Source: a virus
Taxonomy: Duplodnaviria > Caudoviricetes
DNA length: 27,064 nt
Virus record (IMG/VR): IMGVR_UViG_3300031519_000176
Span: 1-27,064 of that record
Strand: one strand, 5' to 3'
Below are positions 8,534 through 17,392 of this stretch, one piece after another (position 1 is the first letter of the stretch; each line of letters opens with the position of its first letter). The notes under the pieces were generated by a model that did no database searches, was not told the DNA's origin, and saw nothing but the letters and a program-made list of their open reading frames with translations. A program made the position numbers and the translations under genes.

Positions 8534-11185
8534 TTACGCCGTCGTGATGTCCTGCACCGCCGCGAAAGACTCGGCATGGCGAACCGCCACGTCGATGTCC
8601 TGATACATAGCGACACGCACCGCACCCGTTGCAGAGAGCGAATAGGGGTCGATAAGTACATCGAGACCGCCAAACATGCCGATCATTAGATCCGCGAAGT
8701 TTCCGAACACTACCGCCGAACATACACCCGAAGAAGTTCCCTTCGTCAGATCAGACGGAACCAGTGTCGAGCTGGCGACGTTGTAACCTAGCAGGGTATT
8801 GGCATCGTTTAAGATGAAGTTTCCTTCAACGCCACTAGCCTGGCGACCCGTCTGTCGCATAGCTGCCACGACCTTGGGGTTTGTCAGATAAGCCAGGTTG
8901 CCCGCGAGAGCGTTATCGATAGCAACTTCACGCTCCAGGTCAACCATTGAGGCGAACGATACCGCTCCGCCATTGGCTCCCTGTGCAACGCTTCCGATTC
9001 CGCTGGTTCCGAGTATGCCCGTGGGCTCATTTGAACCGCCGCCCTTGATGGCCACTTGGTCGATCTTAGCCGCAAATTGCCGTGTCATATCGTCACGGAT
9101 AATTTGCTCGACACTGGGGTCACTCTGCATCATCAACTTTCGACCGATGTCGACATGCTGAACCAGAGTTTTGGGTGACATGGTGACTTGTCTGAAGGTT
9201 GGCGCGCCCTCGGTAGCGGGTGCGTTGTTTTCAGCCACAAATCCGACCGCCGTTTTGGCGTTCAAAGCCGGGATGGAAACGTCGCCTTTCAAACCCTGCA
9301 TCATGCGAGCGCCCAGGCCAGAGATGACCAGGTTCGCGCGTAATGCATCGATGAACTCACCAGCAAGGTGATCGGTTGCGACTAGATTCGAACCATTCGC
9401 AGGCGAGCCGGTTGTGATATCACGCTTGAAAATGTTGTTCGGCACATAGAATCCGCGCGGCTCTTTGCCGTAACGCTTGGCAAGTTCCTCGGAAACTTCG
9501 CGCTCCAGTCCCTCAAAACGACCAGAGGCAGCACTTCTGATTGCATTGGTAAGCGAGTATTGACGCTGTTCCTTTGCGCTCAGATCGATCTCTGCGACGT
9601 CCAGAGGCTTGTCGGCGATTTTATCCAACAGCGAGCCACGGAATTGGGCAAGATTCATCCCCTGGCGAATAGCCTCATCAGCGAATGAACGCTGGTTGTG
9701 CTTGGCCGCCAGGCCCATGATTTCGTTTATTTCCTTGGATCGTTCGGCCGCAGCTTCAGCGCGCACCTGATCCAAATCGACTTGATTTTCGGGTTCCATT
9801 TTTGGAGCCTCCTTTTCGATAGGTTTAATGGTTGCGTTATCTGGAACTTCGACCGATCGCCCGACACCGACTGACGTATCGGCGGGCAAGCTAACGATAG
9901 AGACTTCCATTATTTCGGAATCTATCACTCGGAACAGATCAGGCTGATCGTTGTCCCTTTCCATCTTCCGAACTTTGTAACCGATCGACACGTTCGAACG
10001 TATGCCGTCGACTACATCCTGGTACACCTCGCTGGCGAGCGCACCCTTTCCAAAGCGCACCGTCGCCCGGAGTCGCCGGGCCGAGCCGTCAAGGCTTACA
10101 GATTCAATGACCCCGATTTGTCGCTCGGGGTCGTGGTCCAATAATAAAGGCGCGTACCCTGAACTTAAAAAATCAAGGTCTAGCGTCTTTTCTGTGTGAA
10201 CAATAACCTCCCGACCGAACGATCGTTCGACCGGCTTCTCACTGGAAACAGACATTTCGACGCGCCGATCGTCTATTTCTTTGATTTCCGAATATTCCAT
10301 TCGGTGAACGACTTCGGATTTGCTGAACCTTTCTTCGGACATTTCTGCCATTTCAGGTTCGGCTTCTTCTTTCTCGTCGTGCGCCTTCGCGAAGGTGATG
10401 ATGATTTCTTCGTCAGTCTCCACGATGTCTTTTATATGTCGCTGCTCCACTTTTCTGTCCTCGCTATCACTCGCCAGGGGATGACCGTCGGGAAAAATAT
10501 CGAGGTCATGCTTTCCACCTTGGAATCTATCATTTTTCAGAGCAAATAAAAACGAATTTACCCTGGCATATCCCCACTGCTCCGGCGAGCCAACGCCAGG
10601 GCGAACCGATCCGGGGTTTGTTTTGTAAGCGCCGATCCCGCGCTCCATGACCTGACGCAACATTCCAATCGTCACGCGGCGCAATGGATCATCACCCACT
10701 TCGTCATTGTGTTCGTCGCGCTTGTTCTCTAGCCCTGTTTCAACTTCGTCGCTCAAATCGCGATCGGCGCGATCATCGTCCTTTTTGCCCTCTAGCTTTT
10801 TGACCAGCTCCAGAATAACGTCCTTCATGCCTTGCTCTCCCAGAGTGCCAGTCACGCCCCACTTCATTTGTGCAACAATACCGCCAACATTGCCCCGGTT
10901 TGGCTCCAAATCGCCGCCACTGAACTGGTCGCCATCCTCAAAATGACGCGCTGCCCAGGCTTCCCGCTCCTTTATCCAGTCCAAAACAGCGCCAGATTCA
11001 TCGCCATCGCGCGCGCGATCCCATAATTTGAACGCATCATTCCCGCGAACATTGCCACCAAGGGCCCAGACCTCGCGATTGAACTCCTGAATATTCTCCG
11101 CAAACCCGCGATCAAACTGTGGATAACTTGAATTCCTTAGCGAAATTTTCAGGTCGTCCCCTTCGGTCGGAAAATCAGTCGCCAT
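8534..11185 (-). CDS. Fused head polyprotein: two extra N-terminal domains + HK97-type prohead protease + scaffold/delta region + HK97-fold major capsid protein
   Basis: Protease motifs PLLLDHD...IG, NVSIGY, EVSIVSLPAD; capsid motifs GEFIDALR, AVGFVAEN, VTMSPKT, GGGSNEPTGI, LLGYNV, VFGNF, DVAVRHAESF. Confidence 0.93.
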   Translation of the reverse strand: MATDFPTEGDDLKISLRNSSYPQFDRGFAENIQEFNREVWALGGNVRGNDAFKLWDRARDGDESGAVLDWIKEREAWAARHFEDGDQFSGGDLEPNRGNVGGIVAQMKWGVTGTLGEQGMKDVILELVKKLEGKKDDDRADRDLSDEVETGLENKRDEHNDEVGDDPLRRVTIGMLRQVMERGIGAYKTNPGSVRPGVGSPEQWGYARVNSFLFALKNDRFQGGKHDLDIFPDGHPLASDSEDRKVEQRHIKDIVETDEEIIITFAKAHDEKEEAEPEMAEMSEERFSKSEVVHRMEYSEIKEIDDRRVEMSVSSEKPVERSFGREVIVHTEKTLDLDFLSSGYAPLLLDHDPERQIGVIESVSLDGSARRLRATVRFGKGALASEVYQDVVDGIRSNVSIGYKVRKMERDNDQPDLFRVIDSEIMEVSIVSLPADTSVGVGRSVEVPDNATIKPIEKEAPKMEPENQVDLDQVRAEAAAERSKEINEIMGLAAKHNQRSFADEAIRQGMNLAQFRGSLLDKIADKPLDVAEIDLSAKEQRQYSLTNAIRSAASGRFEGLEREVSEELAKRYGKEPRGFYVPNNIFKRDITTGSPANGSNLVATDHLAGEFIDALRANLVISGLGARMMQGLKGDVSIPALNAKTAVGFVAENNAPATEGAPTFRQVTMSPKTLVQHVDIGRKLMMQSDPSVEQIIRDDMTRQFAAKIDQVAIKGGGSNEPTGILGTSGIGSVAQGANGGAVSFASMVDLEREVAIDNALAGNLAYLTNPKVVAAMRQTGRQASGVEGNFILNDANTLLGYNVASSTLVPSDLTKGTSSGVCSAVVFGNFADLMIGMFGGLDVLIDPYSLSATGAVRVAMYQDIDVAVRHAESFAAVQDITTA
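9800..9814 (-). promoter_or_regulatory. Internal Shine-Dalgarno for an in-frame capsid start at ATG 9799 (Met463)
   Basis: AAGGAGG 8 nt upstream of an in-frame ATG located at the protease/capsid boundary. Confidence 0.7.
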
Positions 11186-12674
11186 CGGTCATGTCCTCGA
11201 ACGCTTCGCCCGTCTGTAAATTGATTTTTCCGGGCCCATAGGGTGACTGGCCACCGCCGAACGGCTCAAACGCCATCTTCAGGCCAAACTGATCCGCCAG
11301 CTGCTTATCCCTGGCGATCTGAGCAAATACCTCCTCAACATCTCGCCCGTATACGTTCGCCACATCCTGCATCGAAATCAGGCCGTTTTGAAGGGCTACA
11401 ACATGGGCGGTGATCTCCTTTTGCGGGTCGACCCACTGAAAGCCGCGCGGCCGAAACTGGGAAGCGCCTTCAAACTTGTCGAACTTGTCGATCGGTAAAT
11501 TGACCGAGCCTAAAAGGAAAGCATTCGATAACCATCGCTGATAAATTGGTATCACAAAATGATTAATCAAATACGATTGCAGTGTTCGATAAAAATCGCG
11601 GTCCTCAATGCTGCCCTGCCGAATGCTGGAATAGCTGGTTTGGCTTAAATCGTTGGCCAGGCTGTGATATGAAACGCCCAGTCCGGACGCGATACCGCGA
11701 AGAATCGACTTTTCGAAATCCGCGAAAGCACTGGTCGGATGACTTGGGTCCCAGGGCTGAAATTCCACATCCTTGGGCAGCTGAAAAAATGTGCCTGGTT
11801 CCGCATCAGTCAACGGAACCACTGAATCCTCAACATCATCACCGACAAAACCATCGCCGGACTTAGAAACAAAGAACCCCATTTTGCTGGCCGCTGTACG
11901 CGCAGCCACTAGCTCCGCCTCTCGATACCCGTGCAACATCTTCAGCGATGTGATCGCCGTCGACATCCACGGAACACCACGGGTTTGCTGGGCTCGATCA
12001 GGCAAATACAAGTGTAAAATATTTTCAGCTTCGACTCTAACGGTTCGCCGGCTGTATTGCGTGAACTGATAATCGCCTGGATGTTCTGTCAGCATGTGAT
12101 ACGCCACCGGGCGCCGATATTGATCAAATTCGACGCCCATGCGGATTTCGTTTCCGTTCGCTGCGCGCTCGTTCTTTTCTTCATCGATCAGATCGGGCTC
12201 TAGAAATTGCAAGGCGAACCGATCAGCGTTTCCGGGATAGTTCACAATGCGAATCAGCGCCTCGCCATCGCGCGCCATAGACTCAACCGCCAGGGCTTGA
12301 GCATCGACAAACGACATTTTCCCGTCGACGGTGCAATTTCCGACCTTTGCCCAGCGAGCCCACTCACGTTCAATTTGCTGGTTTCCTATCGTGTCGAGAG
12401 TTCCGTCTGTATTGATCGCCTTTACCTGAAGCGTTGCACCGCGTTCGCCGACTACGTTTGTTTTGATAAGATGGATATATCGCCGCGCGTATTCATTGTT
12501 TCGTGATAGGTCACGACACCGATCCCGCAAGGTTTTCAGCGAATACCGAATTTCAGAATCCGCTGATCGCTGGGTCGCCATGAAATCAGCCAACAACCGA
12601 CCACCTTTCGCCCCGTCATACTGTCGTTTTTCCAGGGTTTTTTGCTTTCTTCGGAATATATCAAACATCCCCAT
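11175..12674 (-). CDS. Portal protein, lambda family
   Basis: 499 aa; LRDRCRDLSRNNEYA, GVEFDQYRRPVAYH, QTRGVPW, SYSSIR, WVDPQKE motifs. Confidence 0.95.
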   Translation of the reverse strand: MGMFDIFRRKQKTLEKRQYDGAKGGRLLADFMATQRSADSEIRYSLKTLRDRCRDLSRNNEYARRYIHLIKTNVVGERGATLQVKAINTDGTLDTIGNQQIEREWARWAKVGNCTVDGKMSFVDAQALAVESMARDGEALIRIVNYPGNADRFALQFLEPDLIDEEKNERAANGNEIRMGVEFDQYRRPVAYHMLTEHPGDYQFTQYSRRTVRVEAENILHLYLPDRAQQTRGVPWMSTAITSLKMLHGYREAELVAARTAASKMGFFVSKSGDGFVGDDVEDSVVPLTDAEPGTFFQLPKDVEFQPWDPSHPTSAFADFEKSILRGIASGLGVSYHSLANDLSQTSYSSIRQGSIEDRDFYRTLQSYLINHFVIPIYQRWLSNAFLLGSVNLPIDKFDKFEGASQFRPRGFQWVDPQKEITAHVVALQNGLISMQDVANVYGRDVEEVFAQIARDKQLADQFGLKMAFEPFGGGQSPYGPGKINLQTGEAFEDMTDGD

Positions 12675-13261
12675 CAGATGAACCTCACTTTCACGGTTGC
12701 CGCCGTCTTGCGTCCGAGCTTGATTTCTTCCCGACGCTTTTGCCTGGAAACCTCTGCATCATAATAGTCGCGCCATTCAAGTAATTCAGTCAAACCAAGC
12801 TTGGTGATCGACCGCCCTTGAATGGAATAATTGGCAACATCGGAATCGGCCTTCCCCTGCAAAAGAGATTCAATTTTCGTTAGCATGATTTCGGCATGAG
12901 TGCGCGGGTCAGCACCGCCAGAATCCAGATCGACAATGGCAGTGATTGCGCCACGCGAAACGACGACCCTTTCAGAGTCGGAATTTCTGACGATTTCCAG
13001 CTGAAAGTGATAGTATCCGGCCACGAATGCGGAGGTTGTATCCGAGTCAGCCGTAAACAGAAAACTGTTATTGTATGCTGTGCCCGTGATCTGAATCTCA
13101 GTATTTCCCCCGCCAGTTATCCTGGCCACATAGGTCGCGGTATAGCTGTCGACTGGGTAGTCGCCCGATAAATCCGACCGCTTCCATTGAATGAAATCGC
13201 CGACGACGATTTCCGACGGTTCGCCCTCGGGGGCCGTTGCAGCGTCGAACAGGTTGGCCAT
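12674..13261 (-). CDS. gpW-like head-tail adaptor with N-terminal extension
   Basis: Between terL and portal; C-terminal YSIQGRSITK...EL...RDYY...V resembles gpW; about 115 extra beta-rich residues at the N-terminus. Confidence 0.7.
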   Translation of the reverse strand: MANLFDAATAPEGEPSEIVVGDFIQWKRSDLSGDYPVDSYTATYVARITGGGNTEIQITGTAYNNSFLFTADSDTTSAFVAGYYHFQLEIVRNSDSERVVVSRGAITAIVDLDSGGADPRTHAEIMLTKIESLLQGKADSDVANYSIQGRSITKLGLTELLEWRDYYDAEVSRQKRREEIKLGRKTAATVKVRFI

Positions 13262-13262
13262 A

Positions 13263-15092
13263 TTACCTCCAATTGTTTACAAACCCGCCCGGCTTCCGCT
13301 TTTTAGCTGTACGCGCCTGGCGTTCGTGGTTGGGAATGCCACCATCTGGCCGAGATTCCGCCGACCTGCTTGCCATTATATTGACATTGATTCCAGAAAT
13401 ATATAACGCCGCCATAGCATAACACCGAACGTCAAGGGCTTCATTCCTTCGTCGCTTTTTCACCCATTGCCGTTTCGCATGTCCGCGAACGTATCGCGTC
13501 ACCAGCTGCTCGGATGTTAGCTGTAGAAAATACTCGGAATCGCGATCAATGGGAAAATGACAATATCCAGGGCCCGGATCGGTTATTTTTAGTCGACCAT
13601 AGACCAGCTGCTTCGCTGTATCTGATCCGACAGGAAACAGCCGAACCTTTCCAATGTTGTTTTTGCTGGGGCGACCAACCAGGGGGCGACCCTCGCCGCC
13701 CACGCCCTTGATTCCGAAAACGCGCCTCGATTCCCGACCCTTAATATATCGATAGGTTGCCTGGGTATGGTGTCCGCCAGTATCAACGCAGGTCGCGCGA
13801 ACGCCCAGCTCTCGGCCGTCGGCCGTTTCATAACTGGCAAATAAAACCGCATCAAGGTCAGCCCAAACCTGGGGCGAACTGGGATCGCCCGGCAAAACCG
13901 AGTATTCAAGTGACCACGTTTCCTCGTCCCGCCCGACGCCCACCAGCTCCACCTCAAGCCTATCATCCTGAACGTCGACACCAGCGACCACCATCACGAC
14001 CGCCTCCGGCCACTTATCGCCCCAGTCCTCGGCGCGGTTTTCTAGTAGGTCTTGATCTACACCCTCGCCGGATTCCTCCCAGGTTTCCGCTAGCGATACG
14101 TTTACAAACGTCTGAAGGTCTCCGCTGCGCTTCTTTTCAAGGAAAGATTGCGCTATATCGCCCAGCTTTCTAAAACATGAATAGAGTTCATTTAAGTGAT
14201 AGCTGGCATGGCCACGGAATGGCTGGCTTGATACCCACCCGCCGCGCCTAATTGCTGCAATTCTTTCGCCGTCCGACCACATAACCCCGCAGCCATTACA
14301 CGCATATTTTGCGGTTTCTGGCTGATCTTCGGACCATATAACATTCGTCCAGACTAGCTCCTGCCGAGTTTCGCAGCTGGGGCACGGAACATGAAACCGC
14401 CGCTGGTCGCCTTGATTATATGCGTCCTCGATCCAGCTTGCGTTCTTAATTGTTGGAGTGCTGATTTCTAACAGCTTTCGCCGGTCGCCAAACGTCGCCG
14501 CGCGCTGCCACAATAACGAGACAGGGTGACCCTCTTGGCTTTTGTCATATCCATCGGTTTCGTCGCAAACGATGAAAGGCGCCGACCGGCCGCGCATGGT
14601 TTTCGGTGAGCCCGACCAACTAAACATTAGGAAACCGCCAGGGTACGATTTCATTCGCTGATTGTTTACGCCCTCGCGCCCCCTGGGCTTGGCGATCAAG
14701 TCTTGCAGCGTGTCGTTCGAATCGACCAGTGGATTGAATTTCGTTTCCAGCCAGGTCGCCAGATCGCCCTGGGACGGCTGCATCATTATTTGACTTTGAG
14801 GGTCTTGCCCTATCTTAAACGCTTGAGCGCATAGCGCCAGCATGGTTTTTCCCACCTGGGCCGACCACATCAAGGTGATGCGATTACACTCCGGGTTTGC
14901 CGTCATATCTAAGGGCTCGCGCTGGTAGGGCGCATGATCAAACCGTATCAGTCCGGGGACCGCGTTACCGATTGGAATGCGGACGTTTTGCTCCGCCCAT
15001 TCGCTCGGCTTTAGGTTTGGGGGCGGCTTTAGGTGACGCGCTGCCCGGTGAATCGTCCGCCGCAATCCATCCCAATTGCTGAATTCAATCAT
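13263..15092 (-). CDS. terL: Terminase large subunit, lambda GpA family
   Basis: PYQREP, Walker A SAQVGKT, Walker B IVCDETD, ISTPT, CxxC pairs, GVDVQ, CVDTGG, RNEALD. Confidence 0.97.
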   Translation of the reverse strand: MIEFSNWDGLRRTIHRAARHLKPPPNLKPSEWAEQNVRIPIGNAVPGLIRFDHAPYQREPLDMTANPECNRITLMWSAQVGKTMLALCAQAFKIGQDPQSQIMMQPSQGDLATWLETKFNPLVDSNDTLQDLIAKPRGREGVNNQRMKSYPGGFLMFSWSGSPKTMRGRSAPFIVCDETDGYDKSQEGHPVSLLWQRAATFGDRRKLLEISTPTIKNASWIEDAYNQGDQRRFHVPCPSCETRQELVWTNVIWSEDQPETAKYACNGCGVMWSDGERIAAIRRGGWVSSQPFRGHASYHLNELYSCFRKLGDIAQSFLEKKRSGDLQTFVNVSLAETWEESGEGVDQDLLENRAEDWGDKWPEAVVMVVAGVDVQDDRLEVELVGVGRDEETWSLEYSVLPGDPSSPQVWADLDAVLFASYETADGRELGVRATCVDTGGHHTQATYRYIKGRESRRVFGIKGVGGEGRPLVGRPSKNNIGKVRLFPVGSDTAKQLVYGRLKITDPGPGYCHFPIDRDSEYFLQLTSEQLVTRYVRGHAKRQWVKKRRRNEALDVRCYAMAALYISGINVNIMASRSAESRPDGGIPNHERQARTAKKRKPGGFVNNWR

Positions 15093-15591
15093 CGGATTCG
15101 TCCGGTTCTTCCAGGTCCATGTCGCCCATTGCTTCGAGGGCTTGGTCTATTTCCTTCAATATCACCGCCTTGATTCGGGTTTCGGATTCCTCGCCGATGA
15201 TCGCCGTCGCCACCCGGCTGGGAACCGACCGCAGATTCGTTTTTACTTCAGCGAATGTATTGGACAGCGCGCGCTCCAATTGTCTCAGGGGAACCACCTC
15301 GCCGCGAACATTCGCCAGCTCTAGCTCGACCTTTGCCGTTTCCGCCGCCAGCTTGCGCCGCTTTAGTTCACGCTCGTCGGAATTGTCTCCGCCGCTAGAT
15401 GATTCCTTCGCTCGCTGCTCCAGCCAGGCCGAGACCTCCGCCGTGTTAATAACCCACCGCTTCCCCTTACTGCCTCGCTGGACCACGGGTAAACCACGCT
15501 TCAACCAGGCGTCGACGGTCGTGTGTGAAACCCCAAAAAGGTCAGCGACCTCCTGGCGTGTTACGTTTTTTCCCCTTGTTGTTACCGGCAT
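15085..15591 (-). CDS. terS: Terminase small subunit, lambda Nu1-like
   Basis: N-terminal winged HTH (TRQEVADLFGVSHTTVDAWLKRGLP), coiled coil, immediately upstream of terL. Confidence 0.92.
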   Translation of the reverse strand: MPVTTRGKNVTRQEVADLFGVSHTTVDAWLKRGLPVVQRGSKGKRWVINTAEVSAWLEQRAKESSSGGDNSDERELKRRKLAAETAKVELELANVRGEVVPLRQLERALSNTFAEVKTNLRSVPSRVATAIIGEESETRIKAVILKEIDQALEAMGDMDLEEPDESDD

Positions 15592-15649
15592 TCCCAGACC
15601 ATTGTTACCATTATTCCCAGCTCATTAAAAAGTCGCACAATTGAAACAC

Positions 15650-15693
15650 TGCGATCGCGAATCACCCGCAGCGTCATCCGCTCCAAAGTACCT
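15650..15693 (-). promoter_or_regulatory. Putative cos packaging site region
   Basis: Non-coding, upstream of terS; AGGTACT (cosQ-like, lambda GGGTCCT) followed 17 nt later by GCGGGTGATTCGC (compare lambda GCGGGTTTTCGC next to cosN). Confidence 0.55.
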
Positions 15694-15740
15694 TTTGACG
15701 GGGGGGGTGCGCTCCGGTCGCGGCGCATCATGCAAAAACA

Positions 15741-16388
15741 TTAAAGGTTTGCCATTTCTGCTTTGAAGGCTTTGTCAAACTCTCGATTGAACTCCCGACC
15801 GAATACGCTTTGAGCGACGCGGTAATACCCGAACCTTGCACGGTACTGAGCCCTGGGCTCATACGCCACCAGCATGGTCAACTTCCCCCGCTTAGACCGC
15901 CGGTATATGCCAGGCTGTACCCCGTCACGGCGCCCCAGCTGAACGTGCCCCTCGCGGGATAGCAGAGTCTTGACATAGCGCCGACCCAGGTTTCCAAACT
16001 TGTTTTTTCTCGCTTTTAATGTCGGAACAACTAGCGCCGTCTTTTGTGGTGTCCTGATCCCGCCGTCGATCTGTAGTGATAGCAGGTCATTGACCCGGCG
16101 CCCTCCCCCCGTGAACTTCCCACGGTTGGCGCCTGGTATCAGCTCGACTTGCAGCGTGTTGTATTTGCTGAAAACCCCAACGAATCCCAGCTTGGTATTT
16201 TGGCTGAACATCGCATTCAACGTGTAGGGCGTGGGCCGGTCGAACACTTTGTTCGCTTCCGCGCGCTGGGCCGATGCCACTTTTTTGGCTGTCATGTTCA
16301 AGGCTTCGGATTCGGCGAACAGTGTTTTTTTATGCGCCTTCTGTAACTTTCGCTGAACTTCGCCGATGTTGGTTTTTGCGTTGATCAT
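15741..16388 (-). CDS. gpZ-like neck/minor tail protein
   Basis: Basic protein with ALNMTA...VFDRPTPYTLNA motif seen in lambdoid prophage genes upstream of terminase; GAGG SD favours ATG 16388. Confidence 0.6.
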   Translation of the reverse strand: MINAKTNIGEVQRKLQKAHKKTLFAESEALNMTAKKVASAQRAEANKVFDRPTPYTLNAMFSQNTKLGFVGVFSKYNTLQVELIPGANRGKFTGGGRRVNDLLSLQIDGGIRTPQKTALVVPTLKARKNKFGNLGRRYVKTLLSREGHVQLGRRDGVQPGIYRRSKRGKLTMLVAYEPRAQYRARFGYYRVAQSVFGREFNREFDKAFKAEMANL

Positions 16389-16461
16389 GTCTCGCCTCAA
16401 TAGGGGGGGGGCATTGGATAATGTCAGGCGCCAGGATACCCCCCACCCCCCTTATTTTTTT

Positions 16462-16713
16462 TTACTCTACCACGCCCCACGTTCTCAATCTGAACTGCGT
16501 CAATCGGTGCAAGTACCAGGCCGCTTTTTCTAGGTCGCGCTGGGCTCCAGCAAAATCCTTGCCGTGCTTTTTATCAAAACGCCAGATGTACTTGATGACG
16601 TTGCCGCGTAGATACCCGGCAAATTCCTCCGGGGTCATCTGAGCCTCGATCGCTGCAATGCACTCGATTGCTTCGCTCTTGTAATGATCTGGGTGATTTA
16701 CCAAATCAGTCAT
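16462..16713 (-). CDS. DUF3310 family protein (T7 gp1.7-like putative nucleotide kinase)
   Basis: DLVNHPDHY...IECI...GNVIKYIWR...DLEKAAWYL signature. Confidence 0.88.
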   Translation of the reverse strand: MTDLVNHPDHYKSEAIECIAAIEAQMTPEEFAGYLRGNVIKYIWRFDKKHGKDFAGAQRDLEKAAWYLHRLTQFRLRTWGVVE

Positions 16714-16891
16714 TTCGATATCCCCTTGCCTCGGGTTGATGGCGAATTATCTCCAGAGGCGAACCGATCGCGTCGCATAACTTGACCACCCTGAGATCAT
16801 CCATTATGGCGATATCCTCACGAAACCGCCTCGACATTGAAACCGCAGCCTGGAGAGCCAGCTGGCAATCCTCGGAATCAAACTCGGGCAC
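16706..16891 (-). CDS. Hypothetical protein
   Basis: Part of the 95-aa ORF; GTG 16891 follows the upstream stop; its stop overlaps the DUF3310 start. Start uncertain. Confidence 0.55.
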   Translation of the reverse strand: MPEFDSEDCQLALQAAVSMSRRFREDIAIMDDLRVVKLCDAIGSPLEIIRHQPEARGYRND

Positions 16892-16892
16892 G

Positions 16893-17057
16893 TTAAAATT
16901 TAGGATCACGTTCCGATAAACGCCGGTCGCGTTCTTCTTTGAATGCATCGATCTCGTCCCTTTCAAATTGTCCCTCCAGCGGCAAATCCTCACTGGGGCA
17001 TAGTGGATGATGATCGTCCGATCTTAAACAGTCGGGGCATCTCTTGTATAGATACAT
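16893..17057 (-). CDS. Small putative Zn-binding protein (54 aa)
   Basis: Not in ORF track. MYLYKRCPDCLRSDDHHPLCPSED...; coupled by TAATG to the upstream gene; CxxC-x5-HH-xx-C. Confidence 0.6.
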   Translation of the reverse strand: MYLYKRCPDCLRSDDHHPLCPSEDLPLEGQFERDEIDAFKEERDRRLSERDPKF

Positions 17058-17218
17058 TATTCGCAAACCTCCGCCGCATTCCCTTGATAGTCGGGCCAGG
17101 CGCCGCTGTCCACATTCTCGCAGTATTCAACCTGGGCGCTCTCTGCTTCCTCCAGATCGCCACTTCCGACGATACCCATCACCGCCATAAACAACAACAC
17201 GAATGCAAAATATTTCAT
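17057..17218 (-). CDS. Small membrane-anchored/exported protein (53 aa)
   Basis: Not in ORF track. MKYFAFVLLFMAVMGIVGSGDLEEAESAQVEYCENVDSGAWPDYQGNAAEVCE; GAGGGGG SD; hydrophobic N-terminus and two Cys. Confidence 0.7.
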   Translation of the reverse strand: MKYFAFVLLFMAVMGIVGSGDLEEAESAQVEYCENVDSGAWPDYQGNAAEVCE

Positions 17219-17231
17219 CGTTTCCCCCTCG

Positions 17232-17392
17232 GGCCGCTTACGCGGCCTCTAATGCTTTTTCTTTGAGGTCTTGCCACTCATTTTCTAAGTAGTGATCGCA
17301 GGGCCAATCGCAATTTTCGACCACATACCACACGCAGCTCGAATCGATTTGTACCACCTTGACGGTTCCCTTCTTGTTGAGGCCGCTTACGC
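17232..17392. repeat. 12-bp direct repeat (minus strand GCGTAAGCGGCC) spanning the stop codons of two adjacent small genes
   Basis: ggccgcttacgc at 17232..17243 and 17381..17392; the first lies in a perfect GGCCGC-GTAA-GCGGCC hairpin. Confidence 0.75.
17238..17357 (-). CDS. Small hypothetical protein (39 aa)
   Basis: Not in ORF track. GTG start after AAGGGA; VVQIDSSCVWY...KALEAA*; fills the gap between neighbours. Confidence 0.45.
   Translation of the reverse strand: MVQIDSSCVWYVVENCDWPCDHYLENEWQDLKEKALEAA

Noticed and set aside
8296-8723. Minus-strand ORF 8296..8673 and the upstream extension of 8235..8723
   Set aside because: They overlap the capsid 3' end and cross the terminator; a good SD supports ATG 8465.
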